32,945 nt of DNA from Synechococcales cyanobacterium VAR_4_metabat_354 (GCA_031414775.1 JANOQI010000010.1:1-32945), one strand, 5' to 3'; positions 22,928-32,350 are shown, numbered from the stretch's first letter. Numbers and translations are program-made. The notes: generated by a model not told the origin, from the sequence alone.

Positions 22928-23030
22928 CAGGCCAAAAATCACCAAAAAAAATTACAAAATAAGTCTTATGATGTCTATCTTAAATGCTGGCACAGATCAG
23001 CAGATCCCTCAATCTAGGTAGTGTCACAGC

Positions 23031-24296
23031 GTGAAAATATTAGTCATCGGTAATGGCGGCAGAGAACATGCGATCGCCTGGAAACTCCTCCAGTCTCCTA
23101 AAGTTACTCAGGTGCTATGTGTACCGGGCAACGCCGGTACGGCACAGCTCGATAATTGTCAGAATATATCGCTGTCGATCGATGATTTTGCCAGTATCAC
23201 CCACTTGGTGCAAACCGAAAAGATCACCTTGGTAGTAGTAGGCCCAGAATTGCCCCTAGCCAAAGGAATTGTAGATAATCTACAAGCTCAGCAGATTCCA
23301 GTTTTTGGTCCACCCCAAGCCGGAGCCAGAATTGAATCTAGCAAGTCTTGGGCAAAAGAAATGATGCTGAAGGCCGGGGTGCCCACGGCCAAGTCCGAAA
23401 CCTTTACCGATGCGGTGGCTGCCAAAGAATATATCCAGCAGCAGGGAGCACCCATTGTGGTGAAAGCTGATGGACTAGCAGCAGGCAAAGGGGTCATTGT
23501 CGCTTTTTCTATTGCGGAAGCCCAACAGGCGATCGATCAACTCTTTAGCCAAGGCTTTGACCTAGTAGTGGTGGAAGAGTTTTTAGAGGGTCAAGAGCTG
23601 TCGGTGTTGGCGATTACTGATGGAGTTACGATTACCTCATTATTGCCCGCCCAAGACCATAAACGGATTGGCGATGGCGATACCGGAGCCAATACCGGCG
23701 GCATGGGTGCCTACGCCCCAGCACCGATCGGCACCCCGGAACTAATGCAGCGGGTGCAAAAAGAGGTTCTAGAACCAATGCTGCGCACTTTTCAGCAAGA
23801 AGGCATTGATTATCGTGGGATTCTGTATGCTGGCCTAATGATTACACCTGCTGGTGAGGTACAGGTATTGGAGTTTAATTGTCGTTTTGGCGATCCTGAA
23901 ACACAAGCAATTTTGCCATTACTGGAAACGCCTTTGGTAGAGCTAATGGCAGCTTGTGTCGAACAGCGGTTGGCTGATTTGTTGCCGATCGATTGGTCGA
24001 AGGCGGTAGCGACTTGTGTGGTGGTGGCGGCTGGTGGTTATCCTGGTAACTATCACAAGGATCAACCGATATCGCTCGCTTCGCCCACGCCGGATCATTC
24101 AATTATTTTTCAGGCTGGTACAACTTTAAAAGATGGTCAATTGGTGACAGATGGCGGTCGAGTACTGGGAGTGACGGCGCTAGGGGATAATTTTCAGGAG
24201 TCGATCGATCGGGCTTACAAAGCAGTGGGCACAGTGCAATTTGACGGGATGTATTATCGACGAGATATTGGCCAACGAGCTTTGGGCAAAACTTAA
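23031..24296 (+). CDS. purD: Phosphoribosylamine--glycine ligase
   Basis: GNGGREHA, VGPE, KADGLAAGKGV, QDHKR, NTGGMGAY, EFNCRFGDPE, GGRVL. Confidence 0.98.
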   Translation: MKILVIGNGGREHAIAWKLLQSPKVTQVLCVPGNAGTAQLDNCQNISLSIDDFASITHLVQTEKITLVVVGPELPLAKGIVDNLQAQQIPVFGPPQAGARIESSKSWAKEMMLKAGVPTAKSETFTDAVAAKEYIQQQGAPIVVKADGLAAGKGVIVAFSIAEAQQAIDQLFSQGFDLVVVEEFLEGQELSVLAITDGVTITSLLPAQDHKRIGDGDTGANTGGMGAYAPAPIGTPELMQRVQKEVLEPMLRTFQQEGIDYRGILYAGLMITPAGEVQVLEFNCRFGDPETQAILPLLETPLVELMAACVEQRLADLLPIDWSKAVATCVVVAAGGYPGNYHKDQPISLASPTPDHSIIFQAGTTLKDGQLVTDGGRVLGVTALGDNFQESIDRAYKAVGTVQFDGMYYRRDIGQRALGKT

Positions 24297-24299
24297 ATC

Positions 24300-24411
24300 G
24301 GCGTTGCTGATTTATAGTATGAAAACCCAATTTATCAAAAATGAAAACCAGATTCAGTAAAGCTTCTATATTTTCGATTCATTCGCTTTCATATCTCGAT
24401 TCAGCAACGCC
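24300..24411. mobile_element. Miniature inverted-repeat transposable element (MITE), 112 bp
   Basis: Left end GGCGTTGCTGATTTATAGTATGAAA versus reverse complement of right end GGCGTTGCTGAATCGAGATATGAAA. No ORF; starts 3 nt after the purD stop. Confidence 0.75.
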
Positions 24412-24428
24412 CGCTTCTTAATCTCATC

Positions 24429-24800
24429 TCATACCAAGGATTCGATTGTTACTATCCCACCTTCAATAGCTTCAATCTGAACTTTAAACCCGTACAGTAA
24501 ACTCATCCCGACTAATGGAGCAGCTTCGGAAGCGGCTACATCAATAATCTGGATCTGACCATCCCAAATTACTGTTGCTTTGTACATTTCAAAAATCACT
24601 TCGCTACCATCGCCCAAAGTACCAACATCACGAAAATACCAAGGTAATCCGAGCGCAGAGATCCTAGACATCGGCAGAGACAGAAAGCCTGTAAATCCTG
24701 TGTCAATAACAGCTTCAACTATTTGTTTGGAGGCATTTTCATGACCGATTGCTACTCGAATAATGGCTTCACAATTTTGATTTACGATTCCCTGCATCAT
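24429..24800 (-). CDS. Clan AA (retropepsin-like) aspartic protease
   Basis: IDTGFTGFLSLP catalytic motif, LGDG flap and PLVGMSLL. ATG at 24800 overlaps the upstream stop (ATGA). Confidence 0.85.
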   Translation of the reverse strand: MMQGIVNQNCEAIIRVAIGHENASKQIVEAVIDTGFTGFLSLPMSRISALGLPWYFRDVGTLGDGSEVIFEMYKATVIWDGQIQIIDVAASEAAPLVGMSLLYGFKVQIEAIEGGIVTIESLV

Positions 24801-25099
24801 GCCGTTTGCTTCAGACTTTGAGAACCAAAGCGGTAGACTGCTCGATGTCCGATCCGAATTACCCAAGGTTGTGCATCTGGGTATTGATCGTAAAGTCGAT
24901 CGACTGCGGTGATCGGTTTATCGGCTATTTCAAAGGCTCCAGTTTCAATATCGATCGCGACAATCTTACCCCGATCGATCTGTTCGTCTATTTGTTGAAG
25001 CACTTGAGATTGATAAATCTCATCGCCCCGTCGGGCAAATTCTTCTTTACTGTAGCGGGGTTGCCGTTGGTGAAACCTCTCTTCTGGAGATACTGCCAT
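24797..25099 (-). CDS. Small hypothetical protein (DUF5678-like) coupled to the aspartic protease
   Basis: 100 aa with GKIVAIDIETG...RIG; GAGG RBS upstream; ATGA overlap with the protease. Confidence 0.7.
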   Translation of the reverse strand: MAVSPEERFHQRQPRYSKEEFARRGDEIYQSQVLQQIDEQIDRGKIVAIDIETGAFEIADKPITAVDRLYDQYPDAQPWVIRIGHRAVYRFGSQSLKQTA

Positions 25100-25220
25100 G
25101 AGCTTGACCTCGTTTTGACTTTACTCTCTCATGTTAACCTAAGCGATCGAGCTGTTAGCAATCGATCGATAGTCCAAAGCCCGATTCTTATTCTGAGAGA
25201 CTCTGCCAACGAACAGCATC

Positions 25221-25246
25221 ACGATTCAGCAAAGCTGAGGCTACGC
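25221..25246 (-). repeat. Small hairpin insert in a HIP1-like site (SDR5-like)
   Basis: Minus strand reads GCG|TAGCC-TCAGC-TTT-GCTGA|ATCGT, i.e. HIP1 halves split by an 18-nt hairpin insert. Confidence 0.4.
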
Positions 25247-25419
25247 CAACTAATCCTCCCACCATCATCGATCTACAAAAACAACCACAGAATGATCGAT
25301 AGCCTCAAGATAGATCGACGATCCCCACCATCTTCAATTCAATCTAAATCACCACAATTCGCCGAATTCTCAAATCTTACTAGCCAGAGCATTACTATTA
25401 TTAATAGTGTCTGTAACTT

Positions 25420-26192
25420 CTATGATTTCAGGAAAATTGAAACTGAACCTGGAGAAGGGGTATAAACAGTCTGTAACTTGAATTTTCTTTTAGAATAAGT
25501 ATCATTCAGTATATTTTGTAATGCATACGCTACATCTCTCTCGTTCTCAGCAAAGTATCGAATTTGATCATCAGTTGCTTTGTCAATTTGAGAAGATTGA
25601 GGAAGAACTTGAATGTTAGATTTAACACCAGTTTTCTCTAATGCACTCTTGATTTCAAAAGCAAGCCTTCTTTGTTCTGATTTATCTTGATTGTAGAGAA
25701 TCTGTATTTTATAGTTATTTGTGATATCAACTAAAGACGTAATTGATGTATTCACCCTTGGGTTTAAAAGTGGAGTATTATCTTTTATAGTGCTCTGAAT
25801 AGCAATGTTTATAGAGTTTGTATTTTGAATTGCTTCCCTATTTTATTTAGTTGCTCTTCTATTTTTGGATCGTTTACATTATTATTTTCTTTTAGTTTAG
25901 AAATGGTACTGCTTGACTCTTCTAGATTTTTTTAAGTCTTTCACTTTGATTTGTAGACTCAATTAATTTACCATCAGTTTTCTCGAATTGTTTTTTTCCA
26001 AGTAACGCCACCAATTTGAACTTCGACAACACCAGCAGCAGCTAATTTTTCATTTACAAACTTTGGTACTGTAATAAGCATGAAAAATATCGATAATATT
26101 GAAACTTCCCGAAGAATATTTAAAATGCTTTGAGCAATTTCAATTCCTTCTTTGCCTTTAAGGTTTCCTTCTTTTGGAGAATTATTCGTCAT
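25420..26192 (-). pseudogene. Frameshifted AT-rich gene for a ~257-aa membrane-anchored protein (joins ORFs 25974-26192 and 25420-25755)
   Basis: A continuous reading frame is restored by three single-base indels in A tracts (+ strand T runs at 25991-25997, 25927-25933 and 25841-25844). N-terminal hydrophobic segment present. Confidence 0.65.
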
Positions 26193-26245
26193 TAAATTGT
26201 ACCTTTACAACAACTTTCAATCGCGATTTGATTAACACTATCAGG

Positions 26246-26271
26246 GGTTTTGAAATCCCCGTTTCAAAACC
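26246..26271. terminator. Hairpin downstream of the duplicated gltB 3' end
   Basis: GGTTTTGAAA-TCCCCG-TTTCAAAACC, a 10-bp perfect stem 20 nt past the duplicate stop codon. Confidence 0.5.
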
Positions 26272-26291
26272 TAATATTGCGATCCAACCTT

Positions 26292-26369
26292 CTAACTACC
26301 TCCAATCCGCGCAACATCGCGAGAATTCTCTTCAAATGCAGCACCGAGAGCATCATCACCACTCAACCC
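26292..26369 (-). repeat. Diverged direct repeat of the last 26 codons of gltB
   Basis: Encodes [25 protein letters not shown] versus glt[26 protein letters not shown] (27219-27296). 65/78 nt identical by manual alignment. Confidence 0.95.
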
Positions 26370-26457
26370 AGAGGATTAAAACAGGTCGTTTTTTAGATGC
26401 CGAACCATCGGTGAAAGTTATTTCAGCTATCCACAGTTCACCTGCTTTAATAGTCAT
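26356..26457 (-). pseudogene. Truncated PemK/MazF-family toxin (N-terminal 33 aa)
   Basis: MTIKAGELWIAEITFTDGSASKKRPVLILWVEW* shows the GE.W...F.....K.RPVL MazF N-terminal pattern. It overlaps the upstream ORF and is cut off at the gltB repeat. Confidence 0.75.
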
Positions 26458-26749
26458 CAGAAAGCCCTTCATCTTCTGAACTGTAGCTATTTAGGAAGGC
26501 ATCATGAGTACGAATGGAACCAATAGAATTAGGTTGAATGGTAATCAGATCGATTAAATCCATTACATCTTGTTCGACAGTGCGTGAGGGTAGGGAGTTG
26601 AGAACATCTCGATCGGATAAGTCAATAATTTCCGAGATATATTGACGGACTCGATCGGATATTTCTGGCTTCCACTCTTGCAGCTTAATTCCGAGTTTTT
26701 CAATCAGGGCATCCATTAGTGTCTTCATTACAGATGATAATTGCTGCAT
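26447..26749 (-). CDS. Hypothetical antitoxin-like protein, possibly chimeric
   Basis: Small acidic protein overlapping the MazF-like start, with an acidic tail AFLNSYSSEDEGLSDDY. Start codon uncertain (alternatives MKTL, MDAL). Confidence 0.55.
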   Translation of the reverse strand: MQQLSSVMKTLMDALIEKLGIKLQEWKPEISDRVRQYISEIIDLSDRDVLNSLPSRTVEQDVMDLIDLITIQPNSIGSIRTHDAFLNSYSSEDEGLSDDY

Positions 26750-26762
26750 CTATCTAAGTTTT

Positions 26763-26972
26763 CTAACTCGTTTTTAGTTGCGCTAGCTTTTGCTTAATTA
26801 AAATTTCAACGTCCTTAACCTCGGCATTTGATTTGGGAATGTCGAAAGTTGCTGGAGATGCTTCCGCAGTGAATCGATCGACAAACATATGGAAGGCAGA
26901 TTGATCGTCAGGGTGAGCTATAACATAAGCTCTTAACTCACCTTTAGTCATGGTGTTAAAGTCAGGCTTCAT
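26763..26972 (-). CDS. DUF6887-like small protein
   Basis: MKPDFNTMTKGELRAYVIAHPDDQSAF pattern. ATG at 26972 overlaps the upstream stop (ATGA). Confidence 0.75.
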   Translation of the reverse strand: MKPDFNTMTKGELRAYVIAHPDDQSAFHMFVDRFTAEASPATFDIPKSNAEVKDVEILIKQKLAQLKTS

Positions 26973-27145
26973 TCTAGGAATCTCCAAAGACCATTAGGGT
27001 AGATCTCTATCTGTATGTTATCACCAGCCAAAATAAATAGGTTGCCAGATCGCTCATCCAAGCGAACGACGAAAATAGGCGTGAAGGTGTTGGTTAGGGA
27101 TTGGCACAGGGTTACACACCGGATGCCTTGCTCGGCAGTTGGCAA
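26969..27145 (-). CDS. DUF6888-like small protein (58 aa; not in ORF track)
   Basis: TTG start after GAGG; MPTAEQGIRCVTLCQSLTNTFTPIFVVRLDERSGNLFILAGDNIQIEIYPNGLWRFLE*. Confidence 0.75.
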   Translation of the reverse strand: MPTAEQGIRCVTLCQSLTNTFTPIFVVRLDERSGNLFILAGDNIQIEIYPNGLWRFLE

Positions 27146-27174
27146 GATTTGGATACCTCATAATTGTCGAATAC

Positions 27175-27198
27175 TACGCTAGATCGCGATCTAGCGTA
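27175..27198. repeat. Perfect 24-bp palindrome
   Basis: TACGCTAGATCGCGATCTAGCGTA, located 20 nt downstream of the gltB stop. Confidence 0.9.
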
Positions 27199-27218
27199 TG
27201 GGTGATGTTTTAATGAAC

Positions 27219-30200
27219 TTAACTCCCCCCAATCCGTGCCACATCGCGGGAATTCTCCTCAAACGCCGCATTGAGCGCCTCATCACCACTCAACCCCGAG
27301 GCCAAAGCATTCTCGATCGCTTGCAATACTCGTTTATAGTCCCGCGGCATCACCTTTACAAACTTCGGCACCATCGCCTCCCACTGTTCCAGCACCTGCC
27401 GAGCTTTTTGGCTTTGAGTGTAGTCAGCATGTTTTTGAATCACCTGCCGCACCTCGGCAATTTCCGATGGATCAGTTAGAGTTTCTAGTCCCACCATTTG
27501 CGTATTACAGCGCGTCGCAAAGTCGCCCTGCTCATCCAGAATATAAGCCACCCCACCACTCATTCCCGCCGCAAAGTTGCGGCCAGTCTGACCGAGGATA
27601 AATACTTTCCCGCCCGTCATGTATTCACAGCCATGGTCGCCGATCGCTTCCACCACTGCTGTTACTCCGGAGTTCCGCACGCAAAAACGCTCCCCCGCCA
27701 TGCCACTAATATAGATCTCGCCGCTGGTGGCTCCGTACAGCGCCACGTTACCGACAATTACGTTCTCAGCAGCTACAAAAGTAGAAGCGGCTGAAGGATA
27801 CAAAATGATCTTGCCGCCACTCAAGCCCTTACCGATGTAGTCATTGGCATCGCCTTCCAGTTTCAAGGTCACACCTTTAGGGATAAACGCCCCAAAACTC
27901 TGACCAGCACTACCCTGAAAATGTAGTTGGACAGTATCTTCTGGCAAGCCTTGCCAATGGCGTTTGGTAATTTCGTTACCTAGGATGGTGCCCACCGCCC
28001 GATTGATATTGTGGATCGGCAGTGTTGCTTGAACAGGTTCGCCTTTCTCGATCGCACCTTTACACAAATCCAATAACTTAGTCATGTCCAGAGATTTCTC
28101 TAGGCCATGATCTTGAGGAATTTGGCAATAGCGTCCCACTTCCGACCCGGCTTCTGGTTGATACAGGATCTTGGAGAGGTCAATGTTTTTGGCCTTCCAA
28201 TGATCGATCGCCTGTTTAGCTTCCAACACATCAGTGCGTCCCACCATTTCGTTGAGGGTGCGGAAACCCAATTGAGCCATCAGTTCGCGCAGATCTTGAG
28301 CAATGAACTTCATGAAGTTCACAGTGTGTTCCGGGTCGCCGGTGAAGGTTTCCCGTAGTTGAGGATTCTGAGTAGCAATCCCGGCGGGGCAAGTATTCAA
28401 GTGGCAAACTCGCATCATAATGCAGCCTAAAGTAACTAGCGGCGCAGTCGAAAAACCAAATTCTTCAGCGCCCAACAAAGCAGCGATCGCTACATCTCGA
28501 CCAGTTTTTAGTTGGCCATCAGTTTCCACTACAATCCGGCTACGCAGATTGTTCAACACCAGAGTTTGGTGGGTTTCGGCTAAGCCTAATTCCCAGGGCA
28601 AGCCAGCATGTTTGATCGAAGTTTGCGGCGAAGCGCCGGTACCGCCATCAAAGCCAGAGACTAGAACCACATCGGCATGAGCTTTCGCTACACCTGCTGC
28701 GATCGTGCCGACACCAACTTCCGATACCAGCTTCACGTTAATCCGCGCATCACGATTGGCATTCTTCAGGTCATGGATTAATTCCGCTAAGTCTTCGATC
28801 GAATAAATATCATGGTGGGGTGGTGGCGAAATCAAACCCACACCTGGTGTGGAATGGCGAACTTTGGCAATCCAGGGATAGACTTTTTTACCCGGTAGCT
28901 GACCACCTTCACCGGGTTTGGCACCCTGCGCCATCTTGATCTGAATTTCCCGCGCCTGGGATAGATACAAACTGGTTACTCCAAACCGCCCAGAGGCTAC
29001 TTGCTTAATACCACTATTTTTAGAGTCGCCCTGCTCATTAGTCCAGGTATAGCGCTCGGGGTCTTCGCCGCCTTCACCAGTATTGGACTTGCCCCCAATC
29101 CGGTTCATAGCGATCGCTAACGATTCATGAGCTTCTTGGGAGATCGAACCATAACTCATCGCCCCCGTTTTGAAGCGTTTCAGAATGGCTTCGATCGGTT
29201 CCACTTCTTCGATCGGAATTGACTGACTGGGCTTGAAGGCCATCAGCCCGCGCAGAGTAAAGTGTTCGTGATCTTGTTGATTTACCAACGCTGCATATTT
29301 TTTGTACAGTTCGTAGTCCCCAATACGAGTGGATTTTTGCAATAGGTGAATTGTTTCGGGGCTGAAGAGATGAGCCTCGCCATCCTTGCGCCATTGATAC
29401 TCGCCGCCCACTGCCAGGGTCTGGCCTTTGGCTGGTCGATCAGGAAAAGCGTGGGTATGTCTGGCCAGAGCTTCTTGAGCGATTACCACTACATCCGCAC
29501 CCTCAATCCGCGAAGCTGTGCGAGTGAAGTACTTATCGATCGTGGATTGATTGAGTCCAATCGCTTCAAAAATTTGGGCACCACGATAACTTTGCAGAGT
29601 CGAAATCCCGATCTTAGAAGCAATTTTGGTCACGCCCTTAGTGGCCGCTTTGATAAAGTTCTTGACTGCCGCTGCTGGTTCCACATCTAGCAATAACTTC
29701 TGAGCGATCATGTCCTCGATCGTCTCAAAGGCCAGATAGGGGTTAATGGCTCCACAACCATAACCAATTAAAGTCGCAAAATGATGTACTTCGCGCGGCT
29801 CACCAGATTCTAGAACCAGACCGACCTTGGTGCGCGTACCTTGCAAAATCAAGTGATGATGCAAACCAGCCACCGCCAATAACGCTGGAATCGGAGCGTT
29901 TTCAATAGAAACACCTCGATCGCTCAAGATCAGAATACTAACGCCGCGTTCGATCGATTGATCGGCCAACCGGCAGATTTCTCCCATTGCTGCTTCTAAA
30001 CCGGTTGCCCCTGATGAAGGTGAGAACAGCATCGAAATAGTTACAGACTGCAAACCGCCGGAGTTCAAATTTTGGAGCTTAGCCAGATCATCGTTACTAA
30101 GGATCGGTGACTTCAGCGCAATTAAATGGCAACTTTCAGGGGTAGGCTTCAGCAGGTTTTGCTCGGCACCAATAGTGGTCTGCGCCGAAGTAATAATCTC

Positions 30201-31808
30201 TTCGCGGATGGAATCGATCGGAGGGTTGGTAACTTGAGCAAACAACTGCTGGAAGTAATCGTAGAGCAACTTTGGTCGATTAGACAATACGGCTAATGGG
30301 GTATCAGTACCCATCGATCCGATTGCTTCCACCCCATCCTTGGCCATCGGCGCTAGCAACAGGCGCAGTTCTTCAAAGGTATAGCCAAAGGCCATTTGCC
30401 GTTGAATCAAATCTTCAGCATTACTCGCAGCAACTACGGTTGCGGCGGGCAAGTCTTCCAACCTAACCAGGTTTTGATCTAGCCACTGTTGATAAGGATG
30501 TTGAGTGATAACTTCTTTCTTAATTTCTTCATCACTAACAATCCGGCCAGCGGCTGTATCCACCAAGAACATCCGACCAGGTTGAATCCGGCCTTTGATC
30601 GCCACCCGTTCCGGTTCGATCGGCAACACCCCGGCTTCAGAAGCCATAATCACCAGATCATCTTTGGTCACGTAGTAGCGAGATGGTCGTAATCCATTGC
30701 GATCGAGAACTGCACCGATCATCGTGCCATCAGTAAAGGCGATCGAGGCTGGGCCATCCCAGGGTTCCATCAAACAGGAATGATATTCATAGAATGCTTT
30801 TTGTTCAGCACTCATCGATTCATGTGCTGTCCAGGGTTCTGGCACCATCATCATCATGGTGTGGGGAAGCGATCGACCAGAAAGAGTCAGCAGTTCTAAA
30901 GCATTGTCAAAAATCAGCGAGTCACTGCCATCAACGTTAATGACCGGCTGGATTTGTTGCATGTCAGCACCAAACAAATCGGATTCAAACAAAGCTTGTC
31001 GCGCTTGCATCCAGTTGATATTGCCGCGCAAAGTATTGATTTCACCGTTGTGAGCAATATAGCGATAGGGATGCGCCCGTTCCCAACTAGGAAAAGTATT
31101 GGTACTAAACCGGGAATGAACCAAGGCCAAAGCACTTTCCAAGTCAGGATCTTGGAGTTCCGGAAAGTATTCGCCCACCTGCACCGGCATCAACATCCCT
31201 TTATAGACAATGGTGCGGCAAGAAATGCTGGACAAATACCAATAGGCATCAACTTTCGCCGCTCGGATCGCGTTGTGCGCCAGCTTCCGAATCATATAAA
31301 GTTTCCGCTCGAAAGCTAACTTATCCGCTAAATCATCTGATCTCTGAATAAATACTTGCTGCACAGACGGCTCGCTCGATTGAGCAGTATTACCTAGAGA
31401 AGAATTATCCGTTGGCACATCTCGCCACCCCAATACTTTTTGACCAACACTGGCTACCACCTGTTCAAAAATCTGACGACTGCGATCGCGTTCAGCGGGA
31501 TCTGGAGAAGCGTAGCTCATCCCCACGCCATACTGACCAACAGCAGGCAAAGTAAACCCAGCAGCCCGCGCCACTTTTTGCATAAATTTATGCGGCACCT
31601 GCATCAAAATACCAGCACCGTCACCGGTATTGGTTTCACAACCGCACGCACCACGATGATCGAGGTTCACCAGAATGGTCAGAGCTTGTTGAACGATCGA
31701 GTGCGATTGCTGCCCCTTCAAATGCGCGATGAATCCGACGCCGCAGGCATCATGTTCAAACTGCGGATCGTACAAACCTTGTTTTGGAGCGGGTTGATTA
31801 CTATTCAT
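27219..31808 (-). CDS. gltB: Glutamate synthase large subunit (probably NADH-GOGAT type)
   Basis: EHDACGVGF amidotransferase Cys, [38 protein letters not shown] [3Fe-4S] motif, GXGXG domain. Confidence 0.96.
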   Translation of the reverse strand: MNSNQPAPKQGLYDPQFEHDACGVGFIAHLKGQQSHSIVQQALTILVNLDHRGACGCETNTGDGAGILMQVPHKFMQKVARAAGFTLPAVGQYGVGMSYASPDPAERDRSRQIFEQVVASVGQKVLGWRDVPTDNSSLGNTAQSSEPSVQQVFIQRSDDLADKLAFERKLYMIRKLAHNAIRAAKVDAYWYLSSISCRTIVYKGMLMPVQVGEYFPELQDPDLESALALVHSRFSTNTFPSWERAHPYRYIAHNGEINTLRGNINWMQARQALFESDLFGADMQQIQPVINVDGSDSLIFDNALELLTLSGRSLPHTMMMMVPEPWTAHESMSAEQKAFYEYHSCLMEPWDGPASIAFTDGTMIGAVLDRNGLRPSRYYVTKDDLVIMASEAGVLPIEPERVAIKGRIQPGRMFLVDTAAGRIVSDEEIKKEVITQHPYQQWLDQNLVRLEDLPAATVVAASNAEDLIQRQMAFGYTFEELRLLLAPMAKDGVEAIGSMGTDTPLAVLSNRPKLLYDYFQQLFAQVTNPPIDSIREEIITSAQTTIGAEQNLLKPTPESCHLIALKSPILSNDDLAKLQNLNSGGLQSVTISMLFSPSSGATGLEAAMGEICRLADQSIERGVSILILSDRGVSIENAPIPALLAVAGLHHHLILQGTRTKVGLVLESGEPREVHHFATLIGYGCGAINPYLAFETIEDMIAQKLLLDVEPAAAVKNFIKAATKGVTKIASKIGISTLQSYRGAQIFEAIGLNQSTIDKYFTRTASRIEGADVVVIAQEALARHTHAFPDRPAKGQTLAVGGEYQWRKDGEAHLFSPETIHLLQKSTRIGDYELYKKYAALVNQQDHEHFTLRGLMAFKPSQSIPIEEVEPIEAILKRFKTGAMSYGSISQEAHESLAIAMNRIGGKSNTGEGGEDPERYTWTNEQGDSKNSGIKQVASGRFGVTSLYLSQAREIQIKMAQGAKPGEGGQLPGKKVYPWIAKVRHSTPGVGLISPPPHHDIYSIEDLAELIHDLKNANRDARINVKLVSEVGVGTIAAGVAKAHADVVLVSGFDGGTGASPQTSIKHAGLPWELGLAETHQTLVLNNLRSRIVVETDGQLKTGRDVAIAALLGAEEFGFSTAPLVTLGCIMMRVCHLNTCPAGIATQNPQLRETFTGDPEHTVNFMKFIAQDLRELMAQLGFRTLNEMVGRTDVLEAKQAIDHWKAKNIDLSKILYQPEAGSEVGRYCQIPQDHGLEKSLDMTKLLDLCKGAIEKGEPVQATLPIHNINRAVGTILGNEITKRHWQGLPEDTVQLHFQGSAGQSFGAFIPKGVTLKLEGDANDYIGKGLSGGKIILYPSAASTFVAAENVIVGNVALYGATSGEIYISGMAGERFCVRNSGVTAVVEAIGDHGCEYMTGGKVFILGQTGRNFAAGMSGGVAYILDEQGDFATRCNTQMVGLETLTDPSEIAEVRQVIQKHADYTQSQKARQVLEQWEAMVPKFVKVMPRDYKRVLQAIENALASGLSGDEALNAAFEENSRDVARIGGS

Positions 31809-32185
31809 TTATTGATGGCAAGTGAGGTGGGGAGGGAACTAGTCGCCGAGCATCTTGGCAGTTATTAATTATAGCTAATTCGATATTGTCTGATGCCTGA
31901 TGTCAGAAGGGTGAACAACTGAAACAAATATTTAAAAGAGCTGCTGGTTTTAGCCTAAAAGATATAGTGGAAATGGCACAGTATAGTCCCACCAGCGCAG
32001 AGAGGTTTTTATGACAACTGCCACCACATCTCAAAAATCTATCAATACTTTGCTACTAGATGTTATTAATGCCAAGCTAACAGCACAGCTGTTTGCAGAC
32101 ATATAAGGGGCACTTTGAATCTTGAACCTTTTCTTTAGAAAAAGTTTTAAATAATAGCTGTATCTCACTAGTCTGCAAACTACTG

Positions 32186-32350
32186 TATCAAAGGCTGGGG
32201 GTAAAACTGGGCTTATTGGTCAATTCGAAGAATCAGCAAGTGCAGATCTATCGACCAGAACAAGAAATAGAAGTATTAGAGTCTCCCGCCGAAATCAATT
32301 GTGATGAAGTCATGCCGGGTTTCGTACAGAGTATGAGCCGAATTTGGTAA
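32186..32350 (+). pseudogene. 3' fragment of a Uma2 (DUF820) family endonuclease
   Basis: YQRLGVKLGLLVNSKNQQVQIYRPEQEIEVLESPAEINCDEVMPGFVQSMSRIW* matches the Uma2 C-terminal pattern. No start codon or N-terminal part upstream. Confidence 0.8.

Noticed and set aside
25345..25385. Possible third, decayed copy of the gltB tail (TTTGAGAATTCGGCGAATTGTGG on the minus strand)
   Set aside because: Needs gaps, similarity is too short, and no conserved reading frame.
24806..25465. 219-aa plus-strand ORF
   Set aside because: Antisense to a better-supported gene and has no recognisable motifs.
26174..26479. 101-aa plus-strand ORF with HHHH
   Set aside because: Antisense to the MazF fragment and the gltB duplicate.
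31809..32185. NtcA box upstream of gltB
   Set aside because: No convincing GTA-N8-TAC found by eye.
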